Of a DNA stretch of 64,000 nucleotides, positions 34,696 to 51,290 are shown piece after piece. The stretch lies in the NCBI GenBank assembly GCA_004022145.1, contig RCNU01000001.1. One strand, given 5' to 3'. How positions within the stretch are numbered: position 1 is the stretch's first letter; each line of letters begins with the position of its first letter. The notes under the pieces were generated by a model. That model was not told the DNA's origin and ran no database searches. It worked only from the letters and a program-made list of their open reading frames with translations. The position numbers and the translations under genes were made by a program. This DNA is from Paecilomyces variotii. Taxonomy: Eukaryota.

Positions 34696-35576
34696 CTACA
34701 ATGTAGGTTTAGATCCGCTTGACGTACGCTGCTTCAAAAGTAGTTTCTGCGCAAACAAAATGAAGAAAGCAGTAACACTGAGGTTATTGAAGCCACGTCC
34801 TGTTGCCAGCGTATTCACAAATGCCTCATCTTTAAGTAGCTCATCAGCGTGATCTATGGCGGTATCCATCACAAAGCTGATCTCGTCCTTATCTGTCGGT
34901 TCCAGATCACAAAAGACAGATTGGCAAAAAGAGCCACAATTCCAATCTTTTGCGCACTTATCATAACAGAGGGCTTGTAAGTCGCTAAGCTTGTAGTTGC
35001 GAGCAAGACTATACACCCTTGCATGTCTGGTGAGTTTTCCTTCGGATTTCTGCCAACCTAGAAGAAAGCCACGTTAATAACGCAAATATTGAGGGACCAG
35101 AAATTGATAGTTTATGTTTGTCTTACCTTGGAAGAGTGTAGAAGTGTCAACAGAATAATCCCCAGTGTAAATATATTCTAGCATCCTGAGGACAGCGCGG
35201 TCATCTCCGGAGATAGATATTGAACTTTTGCCCGATGCGGCTGGTACCTGAATCTCTGCGAGACTGGGGCAACGTATTTTAAACACGAGTGAATGACCAT
35301 AGAACTCGACAGAACCCCGCACGCAGATTTTCACATCGGAGTGATCTGGGGAGTTGAAAAGTCTGATGCTCTTAATAGGAAGTGCTCCAGAGGGGACGGC
35401 AAAGTTTCATACCTTTTGAACGGTTCCCAAAGGTCACTTCTCTTTTCTAACTCACCCCCGGAAGTCTGTTTGTCCCTTGAGGGGGCGTCTTGGTTGGCTC
35501 CTGGAGACACCTCCTCCTTGACAGAAGTCTCAGGATCGAGACGACGTTTTTTGCTTGTAGATGGTTCTGCAGCCAT
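34696..35576 (-). CDS. BTB/POZ domain protein 3 (three exons)
   Basis: MAAEPSTSKKRRL...LWEPFKR|...HSDVKICV...FYGHSLVFKIRCPSL...RMLEYIYTGDY|...HARVYSLARNYKLSDLQALC. Confidence 0.82.
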
Positions 35577-37624
35577 GATGCCTCGTGTGTGAGTTGCTTG
35601 TAGAGGTAGAGGTAGTTGAAGTCGGAGAGTCAGTGAGGGATTTTCTTTATGGAGGAAGAAAGAGGGCGCCTTGAGTAATAACACATCTCAGTATTCACTG
35701 AGGGGGTTACCAGGTGACTAGGTCGGAGAACTCTGCCTTTTTTTGAGGCCACACCTAACATGCTGCGCAGCTAGTCAGTATGCCCTTCTGTTTTTGCTGA
35801 GAATTGAGATATGACTGAAGTCCTGAAATCAAGGAAACGGTTTCGAATCGTCATGTGCGACAGAGCACAAGGGGCGGTGTCATTGAAAGCACCTATTCGT
35901 CAATCCATTTCAGACATGATATCGAAACCATCCTATCATCCTATAAACCTATCCCAATCACCGCTGATATTGCTTTTCAACCATTATTTTGATTATGATT
36001 TTCTAAAATATTAAATTAGGAAATGCCTCAGATCCTGCAGATGTGACGTACGAGCAGATACACCTCAGCCAGACGATGGCCCCATTCCTCGTCGAGACAT
36101 CCACGGCTTTCATCAACGCATAAACCATCTCCAACATGAGCTCATACAAATCCAACTCCTTCTCTTTCTTCACAGGCACTCCTCCTAGAACCACCTGCAC
36201 TTCATCATCCGCCTCGTCTCTGTCTATATCTACCTGCATACTGACATTCCCAATCCAGGAAGCGAGAGGACCTTCTATATTGGACGATCCACAAGACTAC
36301 CATCCAATGGAATACCCGTTGCCATACGACTGATAAGCCGTCAGTCATTAACCTCCGCGTCATGGAGATGGCACTTGGAGAGGAAAATGTAAACATGTCT
36401 GACTATCCGTAAGAGTAAGTGCTGTAGGCCTTCGAAGCAAAGTTCCAGCCAATTCCTCCAGTATTCGAGTTGGATGTCGGGAGATCCTTGAGGGAGGCAA
36501 CGAATACGTTAAGACACTCTCCTCCTCCGTCCTGAGGGAACAAATGGCGCGAATACAAGTTGAAAAGCAACTTCTCAGCGCTACGATGCTCTACCAGACC
36601 AGAAGAACTTCTATCAACACTCATTCTTATTATCTATCTCCTATCTAATCCATTAACCCAAATCAGGCAACCACACAAACTACCCGACCTATGCTATCTA
36701 TCCAACCTCTCACTCCCAGAAACGACCTTCATCCCCAACTCCACATTGATACCAACAACCTTACTAATGATTATCATGTCATTCAATCCACAACAGGCTT
36801 CACCGCTAACTTACATACAAGCGCTTAACCCTGATCGACAACCTTGTACGCGCAGACAGCTGTCGTTTTGAAAGAACTATTATGTACGGAGTACTCAGCA
36901 GTGACGATCGTCTATAACTATAACGTAACGTCTTTCCTGGACCATACTTAAGTCAACCCGGGTCCTCTAGCGCATGACGGGGTCTTATTCGGATACGCAT
37001 GGGCCCCTCAGAGCCGAGCAGGACGCGCAGCGAAAGTTTATGTATCTGGACGGGAGAATGTTTTGAAAAGGGGTTCCCAGAGCTCTCATGTAAGCAAGGG
37101 TGTATATATGCTATATCTACGTGGTATGTAATCGATAAATATATATATTTGGAAATGTGATGTTTCTTTGAGTGTGTTCAAGAGCAATGACATGCATGTA
37201 TGCACTGGAATCACGTTTTAGAGAGAATTGTGGTCTGTCTACAAGGTTAACTTAGTTGAACTAACAGAATTAGGGCTCTGCTATCCGCATCCGGTAATGA
37301 GATGTCACGTGTCATGGACTTTATTTTATTCTTGAATGTCTATGTGTGTATCTTGTTTGTGTAACTATAGGGGAAGAGAGAGAACTGATCCTGAATCTGA
37401 CTTGCAGTCATAAGATGAGACTGCGGTGTTGACTAAGAGACAGTGTCAAGTGAATGGGAATCGAAGAAAAGAGTCGAGCATTCATTGCTGGGGTATATTA
37501 TGTACAAAAATTTTATATACAGAGAATTTTATACCGGCCATGTACGGCCCGTTCCCGTCATCAATATACATACCTTATATCATAGACGGGCGTGATGAAG
37601 ATAAATAACAACAACAATGATAAT

Positions 37625-39708
37625 TTACTGTTCCACTCGCCAGGAGTATCTCCGGAAGATGCGGAAGGTGGGTGTTCGACTGGCATAGCGACTCTTCCGA
37701 CCAAGTCGTCCCAGAGAGAGAGTTTCGAGGGTCTCGGGGTCTCCGCCCCATAATTTCCGAATTCCATCTCCTCTTTGGACAGATGGAATCCAGATATGAG
37801 TGACTGCTGCGCCTACGACCATGGCGGCGCTGAAGACGATGAGAATCCAGCCGTATCGTTTCGTTTGCGCGACGCCAGGCGCAGTACCAAAGTCGTAATA
37901 AGTAGAGAAGATTTGGACCAGGATGGATCCCAACTTTCCAGCTCCAGCGCTGATGCCATGGCAGGTGCCACGGTAGCGGGTGGGGAATACTTCAGCAGGA
38001 ATCATGTATGTTGTGGAATTGGGGCCTGTCGGGTCCAGTCAGTATGAGATGCCATTGACACTGCTAACGGAGTTAGACGAGAACATACCCAGATTGAATA
38101 GGATCTGTCCGATGATATACAGTATTACTGCCGGTGGGCCCTCTGTCTGCACGGTGATGAACATGACACCCATCGCAATGAAGAGAGCAGCAAGGGCGAG
38201 GAAACTGTATTTCTGGAGCCCCTGTCTATCGACTTTATGGGCAACGAGAATCAGCAGGAGACCGCCAAAGACACTGCCCGCGTTCAGAATAACCATCCCA
38301 TGGAGGGAAGTGTCCAGAAACATATCATAGATGTTCGCATTGGGGCTGTCGTCGATCATCCACGGTGGTGCGGCGCCGTGGATATTGAGATCACCCCAGG
38401 TTTTGGCAAGGAACCGTGGGCTGGACAAACTGATTCCGTAAAACCCAAAGTCCAGAAGGAGCCACGCCAGAGAGGTACCAGCCAAGGTACGCCAATTGCC
38501 TTCTGTCCAAAAGTATTGTATGATGTCCGCTTTGGCAAGTCGCCAGTGATGGTTTAACGTAGCGGGATGAATAGTGTTATCCGTCCGGATGGTTGATGCC
38601 TCCTCATCCTGAGATACTGGAGACATTCCCGGGACTGGAGACATGCCCGGGAAAGTAGGGCTCGGCAACGGGAAGTTGCTGAAACTGGAGGTCTCGATGC
38701 TGGGGCTCAGCGGCTGCTCCCCGAACAAGGTGGTGGCGTCAAACTCCGCCTGGACAGGGTCATCCTCGATTTCAAGGATAAAACGAGGGCTCTCAGGAAT
38801 TGCGAAGCGAAAGAGCAAAGCAACAACGCCGGGAACGACGCCAACCCCGATCACCCATCTCCACATGATATCGACGGAGCGTCCCAGGTCTGCGTCGTGC
38901 TGCCTTTTGGTGGCGGCCACCACGATCAGCGATACGATGTTGCCTGCAATCTGCCCCAGGGGCTGCATAAAGAACACTGATGCCAGCATGCGAGCCCGGT
39001 GCTTAGTGGGGGCGAATCTTGTGCGATGTCAGCGGGCAAGGCCAAACAAGAAAGGGAGTGAATCAGGGTCACCGTACTCGGAAGTTATAACGGCACTGAG
39101 GGGATAGTCCGCGCCCACCCCGATTCCAACAATGATCCTCCACCAGATCAGCCAGGCGAAAATGTTCATGCTATCGTTAACGCCTGTCGACGACATGGCG
39201 ACTCCCAAGGTGGCGGCGATCAGCAGGGTCAGCTCGACACCATACATCCTCTTGCGACCGTTCTTATCGGCCAGGAAACCAAACAGTACTTGGCCAAGGA
39301 GCGTACCGGCCAAGGTGGCAATGTTAATGAAGGTGATCTCACGGGAGGTGGTGTCGTTTCTCCAGTAAGTGTAAGCAATCATGGGGAGGGCAATGTTGCT
39401 TGCGAACAGCTGGTCAAGATATGAGTCTCTTCTCGTTCGACGTGGGAAGAGGAGCTGTCTTACCGTGTAGCCATCGAGGAAGAAGCCGACTCCGGCCACC
39501 AACACCACGATCCATTGATATGGTTGTCGGTCGATAGTCTCATAGATCTGTCGCGCGCGGATAAGCCGATCCTACATGACATGACAGTGGTCCCGTCAGC
39601 ATTCCCATCACTGCTTCTTTCATCATTTGACAGAGACTTGCGTACCCGTTCATGGTCGAAATCACGGGCTCGATCCGTCTTGTATAATCGGCTCCCAAGT
39701 CTCCCCAT
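37625..39708 (-). CDS. PHO84: MFS inorganic phosphate:H+ symporter, PHO84 family (multi-exon)
   Basis: AGVGFFLDGY, FGFLADKNGRKRMYGVEL, GIGVGADYPLSAVITSE, WLLLDFGFYG, PAEVFPTRYRGTCHGISAGAGKLG. Family certain; orthology to PHO84 itself is not. Confidence 0.9.
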
Positions 39709-40428
39709 CTTTCCCAAGACTTGATAAAAAAATATATAAGAATAAATAAATAGATCGGGAAAAAAAAATAAAAGATTATGTCCAATGACGGTCCGCTGTG
39801 GTCTGGGAGCTCCCCGATCTCAGGAAGGATTCAGATCCGGATCTCCTGCTTAATTTATCGGAGAATAACCATCCGGCGTCGTAGAAATGACCGATTGCAT
39901 TATGGGCGCATAAGGGACCAAAAAGGAAAGAAATAATAAGTCGAGGTTGCGTGTCTGTATAGTGAGATGAAACAGATGGCTGAACTCTGTAGTATAGAGT
40001 AGTATTCTAGACTATCGTATGCTTGTCGAAGGTGAAGCGGCGAAGAGAACGAAGAGAAATAAGCGAGTGAAGAAGGGACTATGGCAACTACTTACGATCT
40101 GGAGTCGTTGCTAAGATCTAGTGTGATCGCGCTGCAGCCACCAGACATCCTGACATTGAGAGCTGTACCTGGCCTGACTTTTTATTCTGTCTGGCCGCCA
40201 TCCAGCACGGGAAGACGGGACTGGTGGACAAGCAACGAGCGATTGGGAGGGGATGTCCATGACACCATCTGCTAGTCCAACGTTGTACCGAATGCAACTT
40301 TCAATTATGATTGTCTCTTATTACTGAACGAGCCAAGGAGAAGCAACGAAGAGATGATTTTGCGGCTAAGAATCACTAGAGGCTGCGGCGGGGTTGGCCT
40401 ATCCAGCCCGGCGCGCCAGTGATTCACC

Positions 40429-40689
40429 CACGTGCCGTGCTTGTTGGAGAAACATCCCCTGCACTGGCCACGATCTGCCCGACTCGCATCTCATCTCATC
40501 TCATCTCGTTTCTTGCCCTTCGTTTCCTTCGTTTCCTTTCTTCCCCCTCTCGGATATGCGACTCGGCAGCCAGTCCAGCAGGCGATGTTTCGTCCCCCAA
40601 GGATGACAAGGATTGCCGCTGCCAAGTGGACCGATCCCCTTGCCCAGGAGAGCATGCAAATACCATGCGTATACCGGCGATACCACGTG
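40429..40689. promoter_or_regulatory. Two CACGTG boxes (Pho4/NUC-1/PalcA-type) upstream of the phosphate transporter
   Basis: CACGTG at 40429-40434 and 40684-40689 (CACGTGGGG), about 0.7 and 1.0 kb upstream of the ATG. Confidence 0.6.
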
Positions 40690-40990
40690 GGGCGCCTCTG
40701 CTACGATCCGTGGAGAGCGTGATGAACTCCTGCAGCAGTCCCTTTCTTTAGCGGCTCGAGCCTTATGGTACGAAAAACGGTTCTACGGATCAACAATATT
40801 AATGATGACACTGGATGAATCGCATTGGCTACACTAGAGGAGGGGGTATTATCTATGGCATGTCTCGATCACAACAGAGCTCCGTGCACGAGGAATCATT
40901 CGTGACGCATGCTTGAACCCTAGCACGAGGATAAAACGCCCAGAACGCCGGAGAATTGCCTTTTACGGTAGCAATCAGAATTACACGCCG

Positions 40991-42194
40991 CTATCGAGGT
41001 CGTTCAGACAGTAGTTGGCAGAACTCCTGCCGGTCTACAGGGCCATTCATTAGTACCGTCTCAGCAGCGACCGTGATGATAATAACGACGCAAAAAAACT
41101 TGCCTTGATCGTCGAGAAATCGAATATGCAGCACTTTCATCTCCGACAGGATATCGAAGTTTGGATGGAGATGCAACGCCACTGGTCGTCCCGGCTTCTT
41201 GCCCGGGTCAACCGACTCGATACAGTTCACTGGCCACCGTCTGTCAGTCTGGCTGCAGAACCCGGGCCCAGATTCATCACGCCCTGGACGCACCTGGTAT
41301 GGAAACGTAGCGCTTCCGATCTTTGCGTTGCGAATTGGCAAAGAACAGAATCACCTGTCGGTCATTGGCGCCGCGCAGGATGCGTAGATTCTGACTGATA
41401 CATTCTTCCCCGCGGCCCTTGGATTTGGCTTCCGCAATACCCGCGATGAAGACCAGCTCGGACGCGAGTAAAATCTCCTGGAACCGGACACAGTCTGTAA
41501 AAAGACGGGTATCAGCATAGGACCACTGCAGAGGTCGACTCGGGCTTCCCACCGTCCCAGGTGTCGAACGTGTAAGACAGCTGTGTCGTGAAGATCGTCG
41601 CGTTGCTCTGGACCGTCTGCTCCTCGAGGAACGAGACTCGATACGTCTTTTCCTCGGCCAGCTTGGGCTGTTCCAGGTGTGGCATGGGCAATTTCGTATT
41701 TTGGACTGCAGGCATCCGAATGTGAGCCAGACCAGACTTCCACTCCCACATTGTCTGAGAAGTACTCACAGGTATGAGTAAAGGCACTCTGCTGGCCAGT
41801 GGCCCCTCCCAACTCCAGAAACCTCAGGGTGCCCCGGAGGCTCTTGCAGATGTCGATATAGGCATACCGTAGCTTGAACAATCGGCCTCCGCGCAAAAAC
41901 GACCTGTTCACGAACGCAACCAGTCAGATCCTGATCCACACTCACAGCATGACCGGGTCCAACATACACCGTGACGCCGGGGTTGAGCTCTAAACGTATC
42001 ACTTCATCTGAGGCAGACTGCACCGATATTCGAGGACCCCCGGGGAGCGGCGATGTGGCGGGACTGGGTGTCGGCAGGTATCGTGTCAAGGAGAGAATGC
42101 TGGTCGACTGAGATTCGATGGACGAAGCGATGCTGTCCCTTCGTTGAGCAGGAAGAGGCCAATCTGGGGAATCATAGCGATGTTCTTCGTCCAT
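40991..42194 (-). CDS. Conserved-looking hypothetical protein (about six exons, last intron GC-AG)
   Basis: ORF fragments join in frame through canonical introns: ...PGVTV|SFLRGGRLFKLRY...FTHT|...LPMPHLEQP...TFDTWD|DCVRFQEILL...YVSIP|VNCI...FLDDQ|DRQEF. No domain recognised. Confidence 0.78.
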
Positions 42195-44827
42195 CGCAGC
42201 CCCTCACCATTGTTATGGCCGCGGTCACACAGAGACGAAGGGTCGTCGTGGTGGTGCAGGAAATTATTTCCGCGACCTTGAAGATCTCCAGCGAAGACCG
42301 TCCACAAGAAGAGAACAATGATGATAACAACAGTGGCCTTCCATACCGAGGCAGTTCACTATTATTATCTAGGACTTCTGGATGCTGTAGGCGGTGATGC
42401 ACCCATGGAATTGACCCGAAGCTCTCAGGGTAGCTTCGCATATTCACCATTGTGGCTTGCCGACTACTGAAGCAATTAGCTTCCGCATGGCAAGCACCGA
42501 TGACAACGTGCGCAAACGGATGGCTAACAGGCGCGCTCGACAAGCGCGACCCCCACTGGCCCTAGGCCGACTGACCCGAAGCCACCCCATGTTACTATCG
42601 ACCTCCGGATGTCAATCAAAATTGGACTCTTGATATCTCGACCACGTTTTTGGCTGCGGCACTGTGCACGCGCTATGCATTTTCACGCCCGTGCTTGTTG
42701 CTGCTAGCTGCTAGCAGACAACCATTGTCAATCCTATCGCACCTAGGGCTGAGCTGCGCCCCGAACAGAGAACTTCCTGTGGGCCGGAGACTCATCTCAA
42801 AGTGACATGCTTCGAGCTGCTGACAGGTTCTGACGCGAGGACGGCTCATGACTGACTCGAGCTGGCAACCGTCAATAAGCGTTTCACTCTCTCTCTTCGG
42901 TAGACGTGCCGATATGTTCTGGCCGGACCGGAGAGAGTTTGATTGAGGTTATTGACTCAAACCCCGAACTCTCTTGGTCTTTCCCTACTGAAAGAGAGTT
43001 TGATCGTTGCCTCTAAACAATTTCTAGGAACGCAAAAATAAGACCTGATCCAGATAATTCAAGATCATGGTCCTAGCTCCATTGATTCAGATCGCGATTC
43101 ATTGATTGTATGTACATACATACTACGCACGAACCACATCGCGACCCTTACAGAGGGAGCTAACTGCTTAACCAGGTTAAGTGACCACAACAATAACTAC
43201 TATATATAGGAAACTTGAAGCGACAAACTATGGGACCCTCCCTGGCACGCGTTCCAAAACGGCGGGAATCGCAAGCACATTTCTCTCTCGAGAATAATAC
43301 CAAGAGTGGATAAATTCGCCATGCGGTATGGTATGTACTAGTATCCCCAGTTAGCTAGCCTCACCAAGCGGATCCGGAACCCAGCTTCATCCATCCCATC
43401 TGTCTGGATCCACGAATGACAGATGACATAATCTCGTCGCGATACTCCCCCAAACCGTGCATAAGTCAACATCAAACACACGAGACACGGAACGTGCTTC
43501 CATCTTATTCCGCACGTGGCAGTCTACAATATCCTCGCTTGGGCGGCTTAGTGAACGACGAATTGCGTATTCCTTGAAACCGAATGAATCTCTCACTGGT
43601 TCCTATCCCGCGTGGCTGGCTCCTGCCTAGCCCTCTCATCGTAAAAAGGACGCATTATAGCCAAGTGCCAAGAAGAAGAAAGAAGACGAACATATGGTCT
43701 AGATCGATCTTCTCGCCGAAAAAAAAATGAAATTAAATCCATCGTATGCTCTTCGTACACGGCACTCCCGGCGGGCGGGATAGTCAGGGACGGGGGTGTT
43801 ATTACGGTGCAAAGAAAAGGGAACCGATTAATTAATTACTCGATAACCGAGTCAGGACCGATACGCATGCATGCATCTCCTAGGTAGTCGTATTATTAAT
43901 GATAATTAGCCAATGGATAGTTACGTAGTCTGTACCTGAACATGCAAACCTTCTCAGAAGCCTGCAAGGGGCCAGTGATCGGGCCTCATGCATGTGCGGA
44001 CATTTTTCTGCATTCGGCACTTTTTTGAAGAAAAGAAAGGGCTATTGATATGAACAGTGAGTGAATAGCTGATTATTAAAAAAAAAAATAATAATAATAA
44101 CGCACCAGTGTGGCGATGCCCGAATTTAGAATTTATCTATTCGTAGAAAAGACATCTTACTTCTCCAGAGTTTATTTATGTATATATGCATGTATGTACC
44201 TGCGAACCCCATGCGGGAATCATATGCAAACTTTAATTTCAAATACCCTTCTGTATAGAGTAACTATTTGATACAATTAAAAGCGCCGCTGAGACTAATT
44301 GAATTATGGGGACAGGGAATATTAGAAAGAAAAAAAGGTATAAAGTACCTCAAAAGAGGTATGTGCTTGAGAAAATATTTATATCCAGAAACAGAATAGC
44401 ACGAACCCAATCCATCAAATCGGCCAAAGTCAAGTTGTCAAACAGTCCCATATCTACGGTGAGTTGCAACTTTCCATGATTCATCCCAACATCATCGCAA
44501 GTCGAAGGAGTAGAAGACAGAGAAAGTAAGTAAGTGGGGGGCGGAATATTTTATAAAAGCTCGCGCAGCCAGGAATAAAATAGATAAGTATGGAGGTATA
44601 AGAACACACATGAGATATGCCAATGCAGTAGGAGGGGGGGAGACAGAAATTTCGGTGCAATCAATGCGCTTGCAGTCGTAGGCGACATGACGAGAAACAT
44701 AATGGGTATAGATTAAAAAGGGGCTAGGTGCTCAAACCCAAACAAAGTGCTGGCCGGCATTACTAGAGCTCATGAAACGCTGGGCGCGTGCTGGCCCTGT
44801 AATCAAGAAAAAAAAAAAGGAGTGCTA

Positions 44828-47086
44828 CTACCGCACATACCTCAAGCGTCTCGTGGCTTCTGCTGCCACCAAAGCGCTCAGGGCCCCGATGAAAAGACAT
44901 ATACCGATGCCATTGGGAGTGTCCGAGTTGAGGTTCATCCATTTAGTGTCCCGAGCCTCCTGGGGCGCTCTCTGAGCTTCCTTGGCGGCATTATCGATGA
45001 TGTTGGGATCGGCCACGCCAGGCTCGAAAATGCTGAAGACGATCCAACTGATAAAGGTACCGACAAATTGCGGCATAGTAGTGTAGACGTTCAGGACACC
45101 CAGATAGATACCAGCCAATTCGCCCGTGGACGCAACTTCGGAGCCGGTCCCTTCATCGTCGCTGTCGCTGTCTGTATCTGCTTCGCGGTGGTTGAGACGG
45201 AGAACGTCCATTTCCACGTCACGGTCCGGGTTCATTCGTCGATAAGTCGCGGAGGTGATCATCGTGGTACTGGGCGGTGCGCTGTAGGATGGACCCATTG
45301 CGAGGCGATTGATCTCGACGCCCATGAAAGCGAACGGTGCCCACCCGCTGACGGCCCATGGGATGCCACACACGGCGACCAAGAAAGTAGCAACCTTGAC
45401 AGAACGCGCCAGGGGGGCGAAAATCATGGTGGCCGCGAAGATGAGATGCGATATCAGCCATGCTTTCTGTAGATCCGGCTGCACTTTCGTGATCTTGCGA
45501 AGAAACGCGGCTATTCCAGGATGAGGCCGCGGCGTAAAGTCCGATTTCTTGTTATCTGGAGCTCGAACCAAGAAGGGAAGTACCACTGAGCTGACACAAG
45601 TGATGGCAGAGAATATCACCAGAGAGAGAGATCCGAGACGGCCGACATCACCCAGAGTATCCTTTGATTCAGCTGCTGCCTTGGGCGCTTCGTATCGGAA
45701 GTATGTCTCTCCTACCCACGTCGTACTGTAGAATAGGAATGGAAACCACCCTGTGAATGTCAGCTAACTGGCCACTTCCACGAGTACCGTCGTCATACCG
45801 ATCCATGCCCAGAATTGAGCCCAGCAGATGGCCTGGATCCGAGGAGGCAGATCGAGAGCCGTCCTGAAAAGTTGCGACAGGACCTGGATGGCACCTGACT
45901 TGCCACCGGAACCCCTAAATGATTCAATTTAGCAGGGACATATGAGAAAGAGGAAACATAAGCTACTGACCTAGCAGAGACCAAGACTCTCTCGCGGACC
46001 GAGTAAGAGGTGACAGCGACAGAAAAGATCACTGATAACCCGGCAATTACAGTCATTTGCTTAAACTGCGTATTGCCGAAAGTGGTTCCGAAGATGCTGA
46101 CGATGTCGATGGAACCGATTGTATATCCGATCAGCTGGCCAACGGCAGCCATTCTGCTGGCTATACTTGTCTCAGCGGAGGTTTATCTTGATCTGTTAAG
46201 ACACAACTTACCCCACGCGGATCCAGTCTGCTGTTGCGGGATTGGTAGTGTGTCGACAATTAAGCTTCGACAGCATGCTTGGACTGCCATTCGTGTGTAA
46301 GAGTTTGTATCTCTTAGGACGAGAAATGAAGACTTACCAACATTGATCGTGAAGTCGACTGCGTAGATGCTCAGAACCGCAACCGCAACTGTAAAGGTCT
46401 TTTTCTGTTGTCGCAACCGTTCCATTAGAATATACTTCCCAGCCAATATATTGATTTCCAAGATCGAATAGAAGACAAAACAAAAAGCTCGATAGAACCA
46501 CGATTGTGGCGGGAATCTGCAACCATACCCTCTCTTCGTCTGCCACGAACGCACCGACGATTTCCGACGTCCAGCCCAGTACCAATAAGCACGCGGCCAC
46601 CACCAGTGAACCACCGACCATGAACGGCCTACGTCTTCCCCATTTTGAGCGCGAGCGGTCGGCGATAACACCCACAACGGGCTGCATAATCAGGCCGGAC
46701 AACGGACCGGCGATCCATACGAGAGATGTTCGTGATTTCGTCAAACCAAGCTGAAGAAGGTAAGGCGTACAGTCTGCAGACAGTTGCCGGAGGAATACGT
46801 CAGGATCCGGTTCAGTGTTAGGTATGGAAGCTGCAAAACATACAGGTCATTTCAACGCCCCACGTAAATCTGCCCAGGACCATGCGTTAGCGCGAGTTGG
46901 TCGCATTAATCTTAGATCCTCAATCGAGAAATTGAAGCAAAGAAGACAAAGCCATCGTGGACTAGACGGTTAGACGGGGAATACGCACTGCAATCCAAGC
47001 AGACTGAAGGTCAACAGCGCCATGCGCGTCGCCTCCGTGCGACCCTTGATCGACGGAGTACCGACCCATGATGCGGCTTGCGGCAT
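44828..47086 (-). CDS. SUT1: Sucrose/general alpha-glucoside:H+ symporter (SUT1/SLC45-like, multi-exon)
   Basis: GLQFTWGVEMTYCTPYLLQLGL, VWIAGPLSGLIMQPVVG-IADRSRSKWGRRRPF, QACCRSLIVD, WIGWFPFLFY, AGIYLGVLNVYTTMPQF. Confidence 0.9.
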
Positions 47087-49057
47087 GATAGCGATGTAGG
47101 CGACAGCATGCGGTCTGCTGCCCCTTCCAAAGCTCAATCGGCTTCAATGCTACCTCCTGATTGTTTTCCTTGTTGCGACAATCGTCGCGCGGGCTGCCCC
47201 CTCCGTCTTCCCTCTATATCTGCACCGGGCTAGTGTCGCAACGAGGGGTTGTCCGAGTCGTTGCGACTCCCCGCTCCGGCGCAAAGTATCGTCAATTTAT
47301 TGTAAATGGGCGTGTGATTGCTTCTAACTGCGATCGCAGAGAATGTGTGAACCGTGGTCGTCGATGCCTTAAGACTCCGGGGAAACCGGGGTCAGAGTAG
47401 TCGATTCGCTACGTCAGAAAACGGTCTAAAAGCCGTGCGCGTCCAGTCCCGATTCAAGCAAGAACAATGCGATCGATCGACGGATTAGTGAAGCTCTCCA
47501 GTTGTCTGAAGATACGATAGTCTGGTGTTCTGTAATTCGCCAGGCAGAGAGAGAAAATCGCAACGCGAAAGCGAAGAAGAGAAAAGAGAAATCCCAGCAG
47601 CCTGGGAAAGGAGAGGATCCAGACCGGGTTGAGGAAATTACCAGGACGCTTTTCCGCGTTCTTGGCCATCAGCGCAGAAAGAAATCAAGCGAACGAGCCT
47701 CGTCCAGGCACGTCGGCGGGCCGCGTTGGGGTCCTTTTTTCGTCCAGACCCGCGCGGGAGGGACGTCGATCTGGCTTGCTGGCTCAACGGCTGTTCACAA
47801 TAATAATAGGAAGCGTATTCCACGGCAATGAGGAGATAGTACCATATGAGCGTACGAGCGACATCTGCTTCAACAGGAGAAGGAACACACAATCAGTCTG
47901 CTCTCGAACTTCTGAAGCACGTAGGTAGAGTAGAATACTACTACTATCGCCGGTCTCGACCTGCTCCATCCGATTCCAGGGCGGGAGAGCAGAGGCCAAG
48001 CGGGCGCGCTTACGACGACTGTCAGTCTTGGCCGTCACAGATGGAATAATAATAATAACAATTATACACACATGATTCATTATAATTAATTATTGATTCA
48101 TTCATTCATTCAATCCATGAAATTATTGATGCATGCACATTCAGTTATTCTCTTTCTCAATGGAAGATGGAAGTAACTAGACGCATGCATACCGATCGGT
48201 GACACAGGCCGTTTTCAACCATCGCCAAACATGGGGAAATCGGCTTTTATTTAGCACAACTAAGAAGAATGTACCGTCCACTAAACACGTGGCTTGTCCC
48301 TGTCGTTCCGGAACACAAGCCTCAACCACCATTATTACTGCTCATTATTTATCCTCGCTACTTACAGTAATATTAATTACTCCGTAGAGAATCAGATGTA
48401 AAAAACACCACTAATAGTCCTCTTATCTTTGGAGTGACAATTCAATCACATCCCCCAACGCTATGTTCGAAGCGGACAACCCGAGAGACAGACAAAACGT
48501 GGCGCAGGAGACAGTCGGCATTCTCTCCTTGGCCCGAGCTTCATGGTCTCCGCGGCATTTATCAACGGGATTGTCTCGACTCTCAAGAGATAAGCTGGAC
48601 CGTTTAACTCTGTTCTCCCTGACGTCTTATTCCAACAAATTAGATTAACAGATGCCGCTATAGAGTACAACAGAGTGGAGAGAGGACATGCATGCAGAGT
48701 CAATAATGGGACGACAGAGGGAAGAAAAAGAACAAGAACATTAGGTATTCCAGCTAGGAGGCCTCCTTGATTTAACTCGGTATAATTAATGATGCTAACT
48801 TCAATCTAAAGAAATCACCGAGATCATGTCATCCCTGCTGGGAAACGAAAACCCCTGGCCTTGGATCATAACCGTTTCCCGTTGGTGCAGCGCTTGGCCG
48901 TCGTTTGTGTATCGTAATGTATAAATAGAACCGTCCGTCATGTAAATCATGGACTCCCGCCTAGACCCACTCAATAAGACTTTTCCCTCCATCATCCCTT
49001 CTCGACATAACCTGTCTCTATCGTGCGTCACTATACAGCATGGTGGACTGTCGAATC

Positions 49058-51290
<2,233 letters not shown>

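Noticed and set aside
36003-36624. Fourth BTB copy or kinase relic on the - strand
   Set aside because: Fragments with an intron-like signal exist, but no YTGDY or convincing kinase motifs; family cannot be supported.
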